A stretch of 64,000 nucleotides of DNA from an uncultured delta proteobacterium (GCA_963806485.1 CAWDXY010000001.1:654212-718211); one strand, 5' to 3'. Numbered from the stretch's first letter, positions 19,922 through 29,963 are shown. Notes: generated from the sequence alone by a model not told the origin. Numbers and translations are program-made.

Positions 19922-20580
19922 TGTTGATGCACCGGCCTGAAATGATCGGTGGGTTCCGCGCCGAGCGAACGCAGTATCAGGTTGCCGAGGTCGCGGCTCA
20001 GCTCAGAGACCGGGCGGCCGGTGCCGTAGTACAGCAGCAGCGAGCGAATCGCGCCCTGAATCGCGAACGTCGCGAGGCGCGGATCGACTCGCGTGAACAC
20101 GCCGGCGCGGATTCCCTCTTCGATCAGCGACGCGAAAAAATTGAAGGCGCGCTCGCGCGAGCCTTCGATGATGCGATTGCGCGCCTCGCCCAGCCGCGGT
20201 TCCTCGGTCGCGTAGAACTGAAGAAAATCGCGGCGCTGATCGTAGAACTCGACCATCACCGCGATTGAACGGCGCATCCGCTCGACCACCGACAACCTGG
20301 GATCGGCGCTCGCCTGATAGGTGCGATAGGCGGTGTCGAGACCGTCGCTCAGAACGCCGAGGTAGAGCGCGTCCTTCGACGGAAAGTAGAGATACAGCGT
20401 GCCCTTGGCGACCCCGGCGGCGGCAGCCACGCGGTCCATCGTGACGGCCTGGTAGGGCTCGTGCGCGAAGAGCTTGAGCGCGGCGGCGAGAATCCGCTCG
20501 CGCTTGGCGGCTTGTTCGTCGTGAACGTGAAAGGGGCGGCCATTGTGAATTTGAGTGTGATTTGTGCTTGTTCTGTTCAT
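19918..20580 (-). CDS. TetR/AcrR family transcriptional regulator
   Basis: Helix-turn-helix VTMDRVAAAAGVAKGTLYLYFPSKDALY. First gene of the efflux operon. Confidence 0.85.
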   Translation of the reverse strand: MNRTSTNHTQIHNGRPFHVHDEQAAKRERILAAALKLFAHEPYQAVTMDRVAAAAGVAKGTLYLYFPSKDALYLGVLSDGLDTAYRTYQASADPRLSVVERMRRSIAVMVEFYDQRRDFLQFYATEEPRLGEARNRIIEGSRERAFNFFASLIEEGIRAGVFTRVDPRLATFAIQGAIRSLLLYYGTGRPVSELSRDLGNLILRSLGAEPTDHFRPVHQQ

Positions 20581-20582
20581 AT

Positions 20583-20596
20583 ACTGACCAGTCAGT
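20583..20596. promoter_or_regulatory. Perfect palindrome ACTGAC-ca-GTCAGT, candidate TetR operator
   Basis: A 6-2-6 inverted repeat immediately upstream of the TetR start codon. Confidence 0.4.
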
Positions 20597-20714
20597 CATA
20601 TTTATTCAGGCGTTGAGGTACGAGTCAACTGTGACCGTTACGTGTACGTTGGATGTTGGTTGCGTGTTTCAGAATGCGTGCCTAGACTGCTGAGCTTCCA
20701 AGGCTCAGAGGTTG

Positions 20715-20791
20715 GCGCCCGTAGCTCAACTGGATAGAGCATCAGACTTCGGATCTGAGGGTTGGGGGTTCGAATCCCTCCGGGCGCGCCA
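20715..20791 (+). tRNA. tRNA-Arg (anticodon TCG as read)
   Basis: Acceptor GCGCCCG/CGGGCGC, D-arm GCTCAACTGGATAGAGC, anticodon stem TCAGA/TCTGA with loop CTTCGGA, T-loop TTCGAAT, CCA encoded. Confidence 0.75.
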
Positions 20792-20881
20792 AATGCGCTG
20801 GGGAGTGGTCGCATCTTTCGGTTCGCGAGATCGTTTGAAAATGCTAAGATGGCCATGGCCACTGGCTGAAAGAGAGGGACA

Positions 20882-21619
20882 ATGATGAGAGCCGCGTTTA
20901 TAGGGGTCGCTGCTGTTTTTCTGGTCGCATACAATTCTTCGCCGTCATCTGCCGCGGAAAACACGGCGGGAGGCGCCAGCGTAGTCTCTTCCGCGCAAGC
21001 GCCGGTCTCGAAGGGGACGACGAGTCTTTCGCTGGACTTGGCCCAAAGTACGCAAACCGGCCAGGTCGCGATAGCCGACGTATTAACCTACGGCGGCCCA
21101 TTACCGACGATCACCGCGCCCGACGGATGGGAGTTGATCCGCGACGACTTCACCCCAACGACCCGGCAGACGCTCTATTGGCACGCAATCGGGGGCGGCG
21201 ACCCCAGCACGGCGGAGTGGACATTCAGCCAGCCGGTGGATGCGCAAGGCGCGGTCGTGTTGCTGGACAATGTTGCGACAGACGCCCCGGTCGATGCGAG
21301 CAGCGGCAATACCGGCGGCGTGAACGGAACGATCACGGCGAAATCCGTTACGACGACCACCGACGGGGATCTAATCCTTGCTTTCAACGCGACTGATTTC
21401 GGCTCCTTCCGCTACGCCAGCTGCGGAATATGTGGCGGACTGAATCCGACGCTGCCGGAAAACGAGAGCGTAGTCCTGAATCAGGAGTCCACTGGGCTCG
21501 AATACTGGATTCTGGCGAGCTCTCAGAGCCAGGTGGGCCAAACCGATCCTCAAGTCAGCGTCGCTGCCCAGTTTTACAATTGGGTCGCCGCGCAGGTAGC
21601 GATAAAGCCGGGTAGTTGA
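20882..21619 (+). CDS. Secreted hypothetical protein
   Basis: Signal peptide MMRAAFIGVAAVFLVAYNSSPSSAAE. Thr/Ser/Gly-rich. No recognisable domain. Confidence 0.55.
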   Translation: MMRAAFIGVAAVFLVAYNSSPSSAAENTAGGASVVSSAQAPVSKGTTSLSLDLAQSTQTGQVAIADVLTYGGPLPTITAPDGWELIRDDFTPTTRQTLYWHAIGGGDPSTAEWTFSQPVDAQGAVVLLDNVATDAPVDASSGNTGGVNGTITAKSVTTTTDGDLILAFNATDFGSFRYASCGICGGLNPTLPENESVVLNQESTGLEYWILASSQSQVGQTDPQVSVAAQFYNWVAAQVAIKPGS

Positions 21620-21798
21620 CGCAAAGCCGGTTCACCAGTCGCGTCGGTTAGCATATTCGATTGTCGACGAGCGCGATCGGGCGAATAAACCCGTCCCGAA
21701 TAGCCTTGAGTGCGCTTCCACCCGGTCCTTGATTCGAATCGAGCCGGCGCGTAGGTAATTGCTACAGGTAGGCGGACGCGCCAAAAGGGGGCTGACGG

Positions 21799-23025
21799 GT
21801 GCATCAGTTGAAATACGTCATCGCGGCGTTTGCGATCGTCGTCATGCAACTGTCATCGAGCGCGACTGCCCTCGCCCAGAGCGGCACCTGCGGCGGGATG
21901 ACCGTTGGGCAACTGACGAGTCTCAACGGGTTCGTGCCGTTCGCGGCCGGCAGTCTTTGGAATACCGACATTTCCAACGCTCCGCTGGATCCAAATTCCG
22001 CCAACATCATCGCTTACATCGGCTTGTCGGCGACTCTGCATCCGGATTTCGGCTCGGGCACCTACGGGGGACAATCGATAGGCATACCGTACGAAGTCGT
22101 GCCCGGCACGCAGGTCAACGTAACCGTGAATCTGGGCGCATACGCGGACGAGAGCGATCCGGGACCGATGCCGATTCCGTCCACCGCGCTGATCGAAGGC
22201 TATCCGAATCCCGGCACCGGCGACCGCCATGTGCTCGTGCTCGATAACGGCGGCTGCTGGCTGTACGAGCTGTATAACGCTCACAAGCTGAGCAGCACCA
22301 GTTGGAGCGCGGACTCGACCGCCGTCTGGGACATGACGATCGACCCGCATCGCCCGTACACCTGGACGTCGGCCGACGCGGCGGGTCTGCCGATTTTCGT
22401 GGGACTGGTGCGCTACGATGAAGTCGCGGCTGGGGCTATCAAGCATGCCGTCCGCTTCACGGTGCCGGTCACGCGCCAGGCGTTCACGGCGCCCGCGTCG
22501 CACTGGGCATCGTCGGTAACCGATCCGAACGCGCCCGCGATGGGCACGCGCCTTCGGCTGAAAGCGAGTTTCGATATTTCGGGTTATTCGGCGCAGAACC
22601 AGGTGATCCTGACGGCTCTGAAGCAGTACGGGATGATACTCGCGGACAATGGCAGCGCAATTTATATCAGCGGGGCGCCCGACAGCCGCTGGAACAACTC
22701 CGACCTCCACCTGCTCTCGAATCTGAACGGTGCGGATTTCGACGTGGTGACCACCGGCCCGGTCTACACAAGCGCCGACGTGCCGACCGGCGCGAATCCG
22801 GCAATCGGCAGTTTCACCGCGAGCCCCACGCACGTCGCAAAAGGGAAGGCGGTCGTGCTGAGCTGGACGACCAGCGATGCGATCTACAACATTATCTCGC
22901 CCGCGGTCGGCCCCGTGCGCGGCAGCTCGATCACGGTGCATCCCAAAGCGACGACGACCTATACGCTGTACTCAACGAATCAGTACGGACGTAGTACGGA
23001 TAGCGTGACCGTTTCTGTTCCTTGA
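21799..23025 (+). CDS. Secreted hypothetical protein with C-terminal Ig-like/beta-sandwich region
   Basis: Signal peptide MHQLKYVIAAFAIVVMQLSSSATALA. 408 aa with no match recalled. Confidence 0.6.
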   Translation: MHQLKYVIAAFAIVVMQLSSSATALAQSGTCGGMTVGQLTSLNGFVPFAAGSLWNTDISNAPLDPNSANIIAYIGLSATLHPDFGSGTYGGQSIGIPYEVVPGTQVNVTVNLGAYADESDPGPMPIPSTALIEGYPNPGTGDRHVLVLDNGGCWLYELYNAHKLSSTSWSADSTAVWDMTIDPHRPYTWTSADAAGLPIFVGLVRYDEVAAGAIKHAVRFTVPVTRQAFTAPASHWASSVTDPNAPAMGTRLRLKASFDISGYSAQNQVILTALKQYGMILADNGSAIYISGAPDSRWNNSDLHLLSNLNGADFDVVTTGPVYTSADVPTGANPAIGSFTASPTHVAKGKAVVLSWTTSDAIYNIISPAVGPVRGSSITVHPKATTTYTLYSTNQYGRSTDSVTVSVP

Positions 23026-23149
23026 GCGGGATTGCGATGCGGAGGCCGACGTCTCGCTCGTCAAGCGTGCGGTTGTGCTTGCGCGCGATTCGAATTTGAG
23101 ATAGCCACGTAGTGCACAAAAATTCCGTGGTGGGGGACAGATAGTTTAC

Positions 23150-25042
23150 ATGCGGTTCAAGTCGTCGACGCGGCCATCGGCTGCCGCGAACGTGTCGCTG
23201 TTGTCTTTGCTGTTCGCGTTTGCACTCGTTGTCGTGATAGGCGGCTTAGTGACCCGCGCGTCTGCGCAAAACGCCGTCAAGATTCCTTTCGCGAAGCCCA
23301 AAAAGCCGAAAGCGCTCACAGCTTCTCCGAAGAAGCTCAACTTTGGCGAGCTTGCACCGCTGGAGCGGGGCGCGGCGGTTACCGTAACGATTCACAATCC
23401 GAATTCGAGTGCGACGATTGACGTCAGTTCGATCGTCGCGTTGGACCCCGAGTTCGTTCCCTCAGCTAACTGTGTGGCCAGCCTGGCAGCGGAGGGTGAT
23501 TGCGTCGAGTCGGTCGTCTTCACTCCATCTTCCGACGGCAAGAAGTCGACAAAGCTGATGGTCGTCAACAGCGCTGGCAAACCGCTCAGCATAAGTCTGA
23601 AAGGCGAAGGCATCGGCGCACCGGTGGCGACTCCAACCGCGACCGCAACACCGACCGCGACCGCTACGGCGACGGCAACCGCCACAGCGACTGCGACAGC
23701 CACCGCGACTGCAACTGTGACGGGTGCGACCGCGACCGCAACTCCGACGGCCACGCCGACGCCCATTGTGTGTCCGAACCCGGCCCCGGGGGCATGTTCG
23801 CCGTCGGGTCCACCGTCGGTCTCGTCGTTGATTCCGAGTTCGGCTGTGGCGGGCGGCCCGGATTTCCCGCTGGCTGCCTGCGGATGCAACCTGACGGCAT
23901 CAACCGCAATTCAATGGAATGGAGTCGCGCAGACCACGAGTTTCGTTTCGTCGAACCAGCTGAACACGACGATTCCCTCGGCAGACATAGCCAACGTCGG
24001 TGTGGATCAGGTGACCGTCGGGGCGAACTCGGTGGTTTCGGCGCCGGAGACATTTTTCGTCGGGAGCACGGGCGGGCCTGGATATGCGGAACTGGTGATC
24101 AATCAACAGTCCAATGACATCGTGAACGATCCGGTCAACGGGGTGATTTACCTTTCCGTGCCTGGCAGTGCGCCAACTAATGGCAACAATATCTCGGTGC
24201 TCAATCTGGCGACGGGGCAGATATCGACCTCGCAGTTCGCCGGCAGCGAGCCGGACGTGCTCGCGATCTCGGATGACAGCTCGTTCCTCTATGCCGGGCT
24301 CGACGGAGCGTCGACGGTACAACGCTTCACGCTGCCGGGCCTGGCGACCGACATAAGCTATCCGCTGGGCCGCAGCAGTTTTGCGGGTCCGTACTTTGCG
24401 CTCGACCTCCAGGTCGCGCCGGGTGCGCCTTCTACCACGGCGGTTACCCTCGCGGTTATGGGTGAAAGTCCGGCGGCACAGGGAGGAATCGTCATTTACG
24501 ATAATTCCAACCCCCGCCCGACGATCGCTAAAGGATTCGGCCCAGGCGGTGGCGGAGGTGTTCTGTACGATTCGATTCAGTGGGGATCCGATGACACCGC
24601 GTTGTACGCGGAGAACAACGAAGACACCGGGTTCGACTTCTATATCCTGTCGGTGACCTCAGGCGGAGTCGTGTTGGCGGATGACCTTTCAAATGACTTC
24701 GACGAGTTCGGCGCAAGAATTCACTTCGATTCCGGCAGCAAGCTGATCTACTCCGATGACGGACATATCATCGATCCTTCGACGGGAAATCCGGTTGGGC
24801 AGTTTTCGGCAGGGTTCAACAACGTTATGGTGCCCGACTCCACTTTGAACGAAGCGTTCTTCGTCGACTCCTCGGGCACGATCCAGAGTTTCAATTTGAG
24901 GGAATTCAGTCTGATCGGTTCGATCACGCTCCCGAATGTTTCGAACTCTCCAATTCGGATAATCCGATGGGGCAACAACGGGCTCGCGATAAATACCTCG
25001 GGAGGGCCGGTATACCTGATAGGCGGCAATTTCGTGCACTAG
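23150..25042 (+). CDS. Secreted multidomain protein: choice-of-anchor-D-like Ig domain, Pro/Thr linker, IPT/TIG-like domain, beta-propeller-like C-terminus
   Basis: Signal peptide. N-terminal domain KKLNFGELAPLERGAAVTVTIHNPNSSATIDVSS...CVESVVFTP...LKGEGI. ATPTATATPTATATATATATATATA linker. SSLIPSSAVAGGPDFPLAACGCNLT IPT-like region. Confidence 0.7.
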   Translation: MRFKSSTRPSAAANVSLLSLLFAFALVVVIGGLVTRASAQNAVKIPFAKPKKPKALTASPKKLNFGELAPLERGAAVTVTIHNPNSSATIDVSSIVALDPEFVPSANCVASLAAEGDCVESVVFTPSSDGKKSTKLMVVNSAGKPLSISLKGEGIGAPVATPTATATPTATATATATATATATATATATVTGATATATPTATPTPIVCPNPAPGACSPSGPPSVSSLIPSSAVAGGPDFPLAACGCNLTASTAIQWNGVAQTTSFVSSNQLNTTIPSADIANVGVDQVTVGANSVVSAPETFFVGSTGGPGYAELVINQQSNDIVNDPVNGVIYLSVPGSAPTNGNNISVLNLATGQISTSQFAGSEPDVLAISDDSSFLYAGLDGASTVQRFTLPGLATDISYPLGRSSFAGPYFALDLQVAPGAPSTTAVTLAVMGESPAAQGGIVIYDNSNPRPTIAKGFGPGGGGGVLYDSIQWGSDDTALYAENNEDTGFDFYILSVTSGGVVLADDLSNDFDEFGARIHFDSGSKLIYSDDGHIIDPSTGNPVGQFSAGFNNVMVPDSTLNEAFFVDSSGTIQSFNLREFSLIGSITLPNVSNSPIRIIRWGNNGLAINTSGGPVYLIGGNFVH

Positions 25043-25062
25043 CCAAGTCGGAGCTGGATTAG

Positions 25063-25287
25063 ATGGCTAAGCAAAAAGAGCGAGATCGTTTCGACGGGTA
25101 CGCGGTTGAGCTGTTCCTCGATGAGGATACCGACTGGCTAGCTCACTTGGTCGAACTGCCGGGGATTTCGGCATTCGGTCCCACTCCCGACAAGGCTCTC
25201 CAGGAACTCGATGTAGCTTGGTCGGCCGCCACTGAATCCTACGCGGCCCGCGGTGTTGAGATTCCAGCGCCACGGGGAAGCGAGTGA
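25063..25287 (+). CDS. hicB: HicB-like antitoxin family protein (orphan)
   Basis: 74 aa. YAVELFLDEDTDWLAHLVELPGISAFGPTPDKALQEL fits the HicB/UPF0150 pattern. No hicA is adjacent. Confidence 0.5.
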   Translation: MAKQKERDRFDGYAVELFLDEDTDWLAHLVELPGISAFGPTPDKALQELDVAWSAATESYAARGVEIPAPRGSE

Positions 25288-25289
25288 AC

Positions 25290-26126
25290 TCAAAGCGGGA
25301 TGGCGGTTCTGAATAGTATGAAGCGGCCCAGCATTTCGCCTACCAGGACTGACATCACTGCTATGTAGAGCAGGCCGGTTGCCGCCATCGTCTGGGGGAT
25401 TTTCAGCGTCTGCCAGCACATCCAGACCAGCACGATGGTCGCGATTGGACCGAGTATCACCCGAACTGCCAGCAGTCCGAGATGCGAGGCGAATAGATCA
25501 TGCACGGCGGCGGCCGCGCTGGCGCTGCCGAGGATTGCGGGCATTCCGATCGCGAGTCCGAGCGCGACGAGGTCCGCGACCAGCACGATTCCCAACAGTC
25601 GGACGAAGGTGCGCAGGTAATCGACCGGCATCTCGAGGTCGATGAGGTACCAGTGGCCGAACAGCATCGCGCCGCTCACCAATCCGAGCACCAGCGCCGA
25701 GGTGATGGAGGTGAGCGCATAGGCGACGACTGCGGCAGCGCCGAAGCCGGCCGGCATCAGCAGCATCACGTTGGCGAGCAGGGCGACAAGGCCAAGGCCC
25801 AGGCCGAGCGCGTACGATCGCGCGCGGATGAAGCCGTTTTCGGTCCACAACGTATATAGGTAGACGGCGACGGCGGCGCTCGAGAGCGTCCATAGCGCGG
25901 CTGCCGTCCACAATGCGCCGGCGCCCGGACCGGCGGACGCGCCGCCGCGCAACGCCAGCAATCCGAGGCCGACGGCGGTCGTGATCGACGCGGCCAGGTA
26001 GACCGAAGCGCTCGATTTGTAAAAGCCGCGCTCGACGTTGAAGAAAGGCGGAATCGCCAGCGCGAAGAGCCCGCCCCAGGCGAGTTCTCCGAAGACGAGG
26101 ATGAAGCAGGCAGCAAATCTGGTCAC
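25290..26126 (-). CDS. Polytopic inner-membrane protein, function unknown
   Basis: 278 aa, about 8 hydrophobic helices, Ala/Leu/Gly-rich. Confidence 0.6.
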   Translation of the reverse strand: MTRFAACFILVFGELAWGGLFALAIPPFFNVERGFYKSSASVYLAASITTAVGLGLLALRGGASAGPGAGALWTAAALWTLSSAAVAVYLYTLWTENGFIRARSYALGLGLGLVALLANVMLLMPAGFGAAAVVAYALTSITSALVLGLVSGAMLFGHWYLIDLEMPVDYLRTFVRLLGIVLVADLVALGLAIGMPAILGSASAAAAVHDLFASHLGLLAVRVILGPIATIVLVWMCWQTLKIPQTMAATGLLYIAVMSVLVGEMLGRFILFRTAIPL

Positions 26127-26288
26127 GCGGGAATACTACCGGTCACGGCGAAGAACGAACACTGGATCGCTTGCCACGTCATATCAATCGATGAAATAAA
26201 TTCGTCCCGGACGAGACCAGCCGCGATTAGACAAATGCAGGGTTGCGACTATAATCGAAGTAGATAGAAGGGACCGATGGGGAACAAC

Positions 26289-26721
26289 ATGCGTTCGAAA
26301 ATTCTAACCTGGATGGCGATTGGACTGGCGCTGTGGATTTCCGGCTGTGCCGCCGCGCGCGAGCAGGAAGTGCAAAAGCAGCAGGTGTTCGAGCATCGCG
26401 TCGACATGGCGCATATCTGGGTCACTACGGAATCGCCGCCGGCCGGCAAGCCATACTCGGAGCTTGGCGAGCTGACCTATACAGAGCCTTTCACTCCTGA
26501 TGCGATCGACGAAGCCGAAGATCAGCGACAAGCTGAAGGCGATGGCCTTTGCAAAGTGGCCTGATACGATCGACGCGATCGTCGACGAGAATCAGACGAC
26601 CTCGAACGACGGCTCGCAAATCACGGTCACGGCCAAAGCGATTAAATACGACTCGTCGGTTGACCGTGACGCGTTGCATCACATGAACGAAAATATGGTC
26701 GCGTCGCCGAACGGCAACTAG
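26289..26721 (+). pseudogene. Lipoprotein gene split by an apparent 1-nt frameshift
   Basis: ORF 26277-26564 (signal plus lipobox LALWISGC) and ORF 26500-26721 (+1 frame) read as one protein if a single base near 26515-26525 is removed (…DAIDEAE|ISDKLKAMAFAKWPD…). Confidence 0.4.
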
Positions 26722-26837
26722 CGGCTCGCGATACTACAATGATCGAAGCGGGTGCGCCGCGGATACAGTCCGCGATGCGCCCGCCTTTATTTGCGCTTCA
26801 CGAGCGACATCGATTTTCCTGCAAAGGAGAGATGCGG

Positions 26838-27188
26838 ATGATGACGCGGCTGATTCCGAACATCTTCTACAGCAGCATGAGCGACGGACTCGAGCTGTTC
26901 GTGACGGGTCTCGGCTTCAAGGTGCTCCACCAGGACGGCACGCTGGCGGTGGTCGAACGAGACGGCGCCAAAGCATACATCGTCGAGAGTGCGGAATTTG
27001 CGGCGAAGGATCGGCCGGAGATCACGATCGAGACGGACACGATTGACGAAATCTATCGCGAGGTTCAGTCACGCGCGCCGCAGATTTTGCATCCCAACTC
27101 GAAGCGCGTCGAGAAGAAGCCGTGGGGCGCGCAGGAGTTCGCCGTTCGCGACAAGACCGACGTTTGCGTGATATTTCGCCAGTGGTAA
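26838..27188 (+). CDS. VOC (glyoxalase/bleomycin-resistance) family protein
   Basis: About 116 aa with a beta-alpha-beta-beta-beta fold pattern. AAGGAGA ribosome-binding site 9 nt upstream of the ATG at 26838. Confidence 0.6.
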   Translation: MMTRLIPNIFYSSMSDGLELFVTGLGFKVLHQDGTLAVVERDGAKAYIVESAEFAAKDRPEITIETDTIDEIYREVQSRAPQILHPNSKRVEKKPWGAQEFAVRDKTDVCVIFRQW

Positions 27189-27199
27189 GCGCTGAAGAT

Positions 27200-27496
27200 T
27201 CAGGCTGGCGCCGACTCGGCTAATAGACCGTCGAGCTTTCCGGAATCGTTGAGGGCCTTCAATTCGTCGAAGCCGCCGACAATCTTGCCGTTGATGAAAA
27301 TCTCGGGCACCGTGCGGCGCCCGCCAGACATCTCGATCATCTTCGCGCGCAACGCGTCGTCGTCGGTCACGTCGATTTCATCGAACGCGATGCCCTTGCT
27401 CTTGAGCAGGCTCTTGGCCCGCGTGCAGAAGGGGCAGTAGGTGGTTGTGTACAGTTCGACTTTCGCCACGTTGTTGTTGTACCTCGCTGATGCCAT
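27200..27496 (-). CDS. grxC: Glutaredoxin (Grx3-like)
   Basis: CPFC active site, TVPEIFI and GGFDEL motifs. Confidence 0.85.
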   Translation of the reverse strand: MASARYNNNVAKVELYTTTYCPFCTRAKSLLKSKGIAFDEIDVTDDDALRAKMIEMSGGRRTVPEIFINGKIVGGFDELKALNDSGKLDGLLAESAPA

Positions 27497-27535
27497 TGTT
27501 ATCCGCGCGAAAAAGCCTGTCCAGTGGATTAATCG

Positions 27536-28219
27536 CTAGCGGGTGTTGGAGTACATTCGCTTGAGACGAGCGGGCGGCACGCCGATCAGGTACATCGCGC
27601 GAATCAGCCACATTCTGAGCACGGTGCGCGCCACGCCGTCGCGACTCCATCGCCGCGCGGACGTCGTCACGCGGGTGCGCAGGCATGCGACGCGTCCGGC
27701 GCGCTTCAGGCGTCGCGAGAATTCCAGATCTTCGCATAGCTCCAGCTCGGGAAAGCCGCCGAGGCGGTCGAAAACGTCGCGCCGCACGAAGATCGCCTGA
27801 TCGCCGGTGCCGGTACGGCTGATTCGCGAGCGCAGGCTGATCATCGCGCCGATAATCCGGTAGGGAACGGCGCTCGCGTCGAGCTTTACGTCGAAGCGCC
27901 CGCCAACTACCGCGGGATCTGACAACGCCGATGCGATGTCAGCCGCGAACGTCGTCGGTACTATTGTATCCGCGTGGACGAAAACCAATGCGTCGCCGTG
28001 CGATGCGCGCGCGCCCGCGTTCATCTGGCGCGCACGACCGCGCGCTGCGGAAATCACCCTGTCGCACAACGGTTGCGCTATCGTGACGCTCGCGTCGACG
28101 CTGCCGCCGTCCACCACTACGATCTCCACGTCGGGAGCGCCGCGGCGAAGCGCGTCGAGCGTGCTCGCGATCGTGGCCGCTTCGTTGAGCATCGGCACGA
28201 TGGCCGAAAGTGTGTTCAC
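27536..28219 (-). CDS. Glycosyltransferase family 2 protein
   Basis: IVPMLNEA...VVDGGSVD...DAD(L) GT-A motifs. Confidence 0.75.
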   Translation of the reverse strand: MNTLSAIVPMLNEAATIASTLDALRRGAPDVEIVVVDGGSVDASVTIAQPLCDRVISAARGRARQMNAGARASHGDALVFVHADTIVPTTFAADIASALSDPAVVGGRFDVKLDASAVPYRIIGAMISLRSRISRTGTGDQAIFVRRDVFDRLGGFPELELCEDLEFSRRLKRAGRVACLRTRVTTSARRWSRDGVARTVLRMWLIRAMYLIGVPPARLKRMYSNTR

Positions 28220-28236
28220 TCTTCACCTGTTGCGAA

Positions 28237-28905
28237 TCAATCCACCGGAGGATTCACGATCGGCGAGGAATTGGGCTTGGCCGAATCGCCCTTGACGATA
28301 ACGCGGCGTCCCTCAATCTCGAGACGGCCCTGCTGGAAGAGCGCGATCGCGTGCGGGAAGATGCGATGCTCCTGTTGGAGGATGCGCGCCGCGAGGCGTT
28401 GTTCGTCGTCGCCGGGCAGCACGGGCACAGCGGCTTGCACGATCACCGGGCCGACATCGACGCCCGGCGTGACGAAGAAGACGGTGCATCCTGCTATCTT
28501 GACGCCGTATTCGATCGCGTCCTTCGGCCCGTGGATGCCGGGAAACGACGGCAGCAGGCTGTTGTGAATATTCATGATGCGGCCGGGGAACGCGTCGATC
28601 ATGACGGGCGATAGCAGGCGCATGAAGCCTGCAAGCGCGACCAGTTCGACGGCGCGATTGCGAAGCGCGGCGAGCACGGCGCGGTCGAAGTCCTCGCGCG
28701 ACGCAAACTTGCGATGGTCGATGACGGCCGTCTCGATTCCGTGGCGGCGGGCGCGCTCGAGGCCCTGCGCGTCGGCGCGATTCGAAATGACGAGGCGAAT
28801 CTCAGCCTTGAGATCGCCGCGCAGAATCGCGTCGATGATGGCTTGCAGGTTGGTGCCGGAGCCGGAAATCAGGACGCCGAGTTTGACCGTCGGATTTTCC
28901 GCCAT
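28237..28905 (-). CDS. purN: Phosphoribosylglycinamide formyltransferase
   Basis: VLISGSGTNLQAI, NIHNSLLP and formyltransferase motifs. Confidence 0.85.
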   Translation of the reverse strand: MAENPTVKLGVLISGSGTNLQAIIDAILRGDLKAEIRLVISNRADAQGLERARRHGIETAVIDHRKFASREDFDRAVLAALRNRAVELVALAGFMRLLSPVMIDAFPGRIMNIHNSLLPSFPGIHGPKDAIEYGVKIAGCTVFFVTPGVDVGPVIVQAAVPVLPGDDEQRLAARILQQEHRIFPHAIALFQQGRLEIEGRRVIVKGDSAKPNSSPIVNPPVD

Positions 28906-28928
28906 CGGATTAATCGTTGCTCACTGGC

Positions 28929-29963
28929 TCAGCGAATCGACACTCCGCGCTTGCCGCGCGCGACTTCGCCGACAACATAAGCCGCATGTTCGCGGCGGCG
29001 CAAATGCGCGACGATGCGGTCGGCCTCGCGTGCGGGCACGATCGCGACCATCCCGAGGCCGTTGTTAAAGGTGCGATCCATTTCGGCGCGGGCGATTTTG
29101 CCGAGGCGCTGGATCAAGCCGAAAATCGGCGGCGTCGGCCAACTGCCGCGTTCGACGATGGCGCGGGTGTCCTTGGGCATCACGCGCGGCAGGTTTTCGA
29201 GCACGCCGCCGCCGGTGATATTGGCGAGGCCGTTTATTTTGAAACGCTCGAACAGCTCGGCGACGACGCGCGCGTAGATGAGCGTCGGACGCAGGAGTTC
29301 CTCGCCGAGCGTGCATCCCAACTCGTCGATATGCGCCTCCAGCTTGAGTTTCGCGCGTCGCAGGACGCGGCGCACGAGCGAGAAGCCGTTGGAGTGAAGT
29401 CCGCTCGAGGCGAGTCCGATCAGCACGTCGCCGGCGCGCACGCTCGACGGCTCGGGAATCTGCGCGCGCTCGACGATTCCCACCGCGAAACCGGCCAGGT
29501 CGTACTCGCCGGGCTTGTACAGTCCGCTGAGCTGCGCGGTTTCGCCGCCGACCAGGCTCATGCCGGCCTGGTCGCATCCGCGCGCGACGCCCTTGACGAT
29601 ATCGAGCGCGATTTTCTTTTCCAGTCTGCCGGACCCGATGTAATCGAGAAAAAACAGCGGACGCGCCGCGTGGCAGATGATGTCGTTCACGCACATCGCG
29701 ACGCAGTCGATGCCGACGGTGTCGTGACGCCCGGTTTCGAACGCGATCATGAGTTTGGTGCCGACGCTGTCGGTGCCCGCGACCAGCACGGGCGCGCGCA
29801 TCTTGCGCGCACCGTTGAGACCGACCAGCGCGCCGAACCCGCCGACGCCGCCGATTACGTGCGCGCCGGAGGTCGTCTTCGCGATCGAACCGAAGAGCGG
29901 AATCAGGCTCTGCTTCAGCGCGATGTCGACGCCGGCAGCTTTGTAGGTCATCCCGGGCGCCAT
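28929..29963 (-). CDS. purM: Phosphoribosylformylglycinamidine cyclo-ligase
   Basis: AIR synthase motifs (GVDIA, DYIGSG). Start overlaps the upstream stop (ATGA). Confidence 0.9.
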   Translation of the reverse strand: MAPGMTYKAAGVDIALKQSLIPLFGSIAKTTSGAHVIGGVGGFGALVGLNGARKMRAPVLVAGTDSVGTKLMIAFETGRHDTVGIDCVAMCVNDIICHAARPLFFLDYIGSGRLEKKIALDIVKGVARGCDQAGMSLVGGETAQLSGLYKPGEYDLAGFAVGIVERAQIPEPSSVRAGDVLIGLASSGLHSNGFSLVRRVLRRAKLKLEAHIDELGCTLGEELLRPTLIYARVVAELFERFKINGLANITGGGVLENLPRVMPKDTRAIVERGSWPTPPIFGLIQRLGKIARAEMDRTFNNGLGMVAIVPAREADRIVAHLRRREHAAYVVGEVARGKRGVSIR

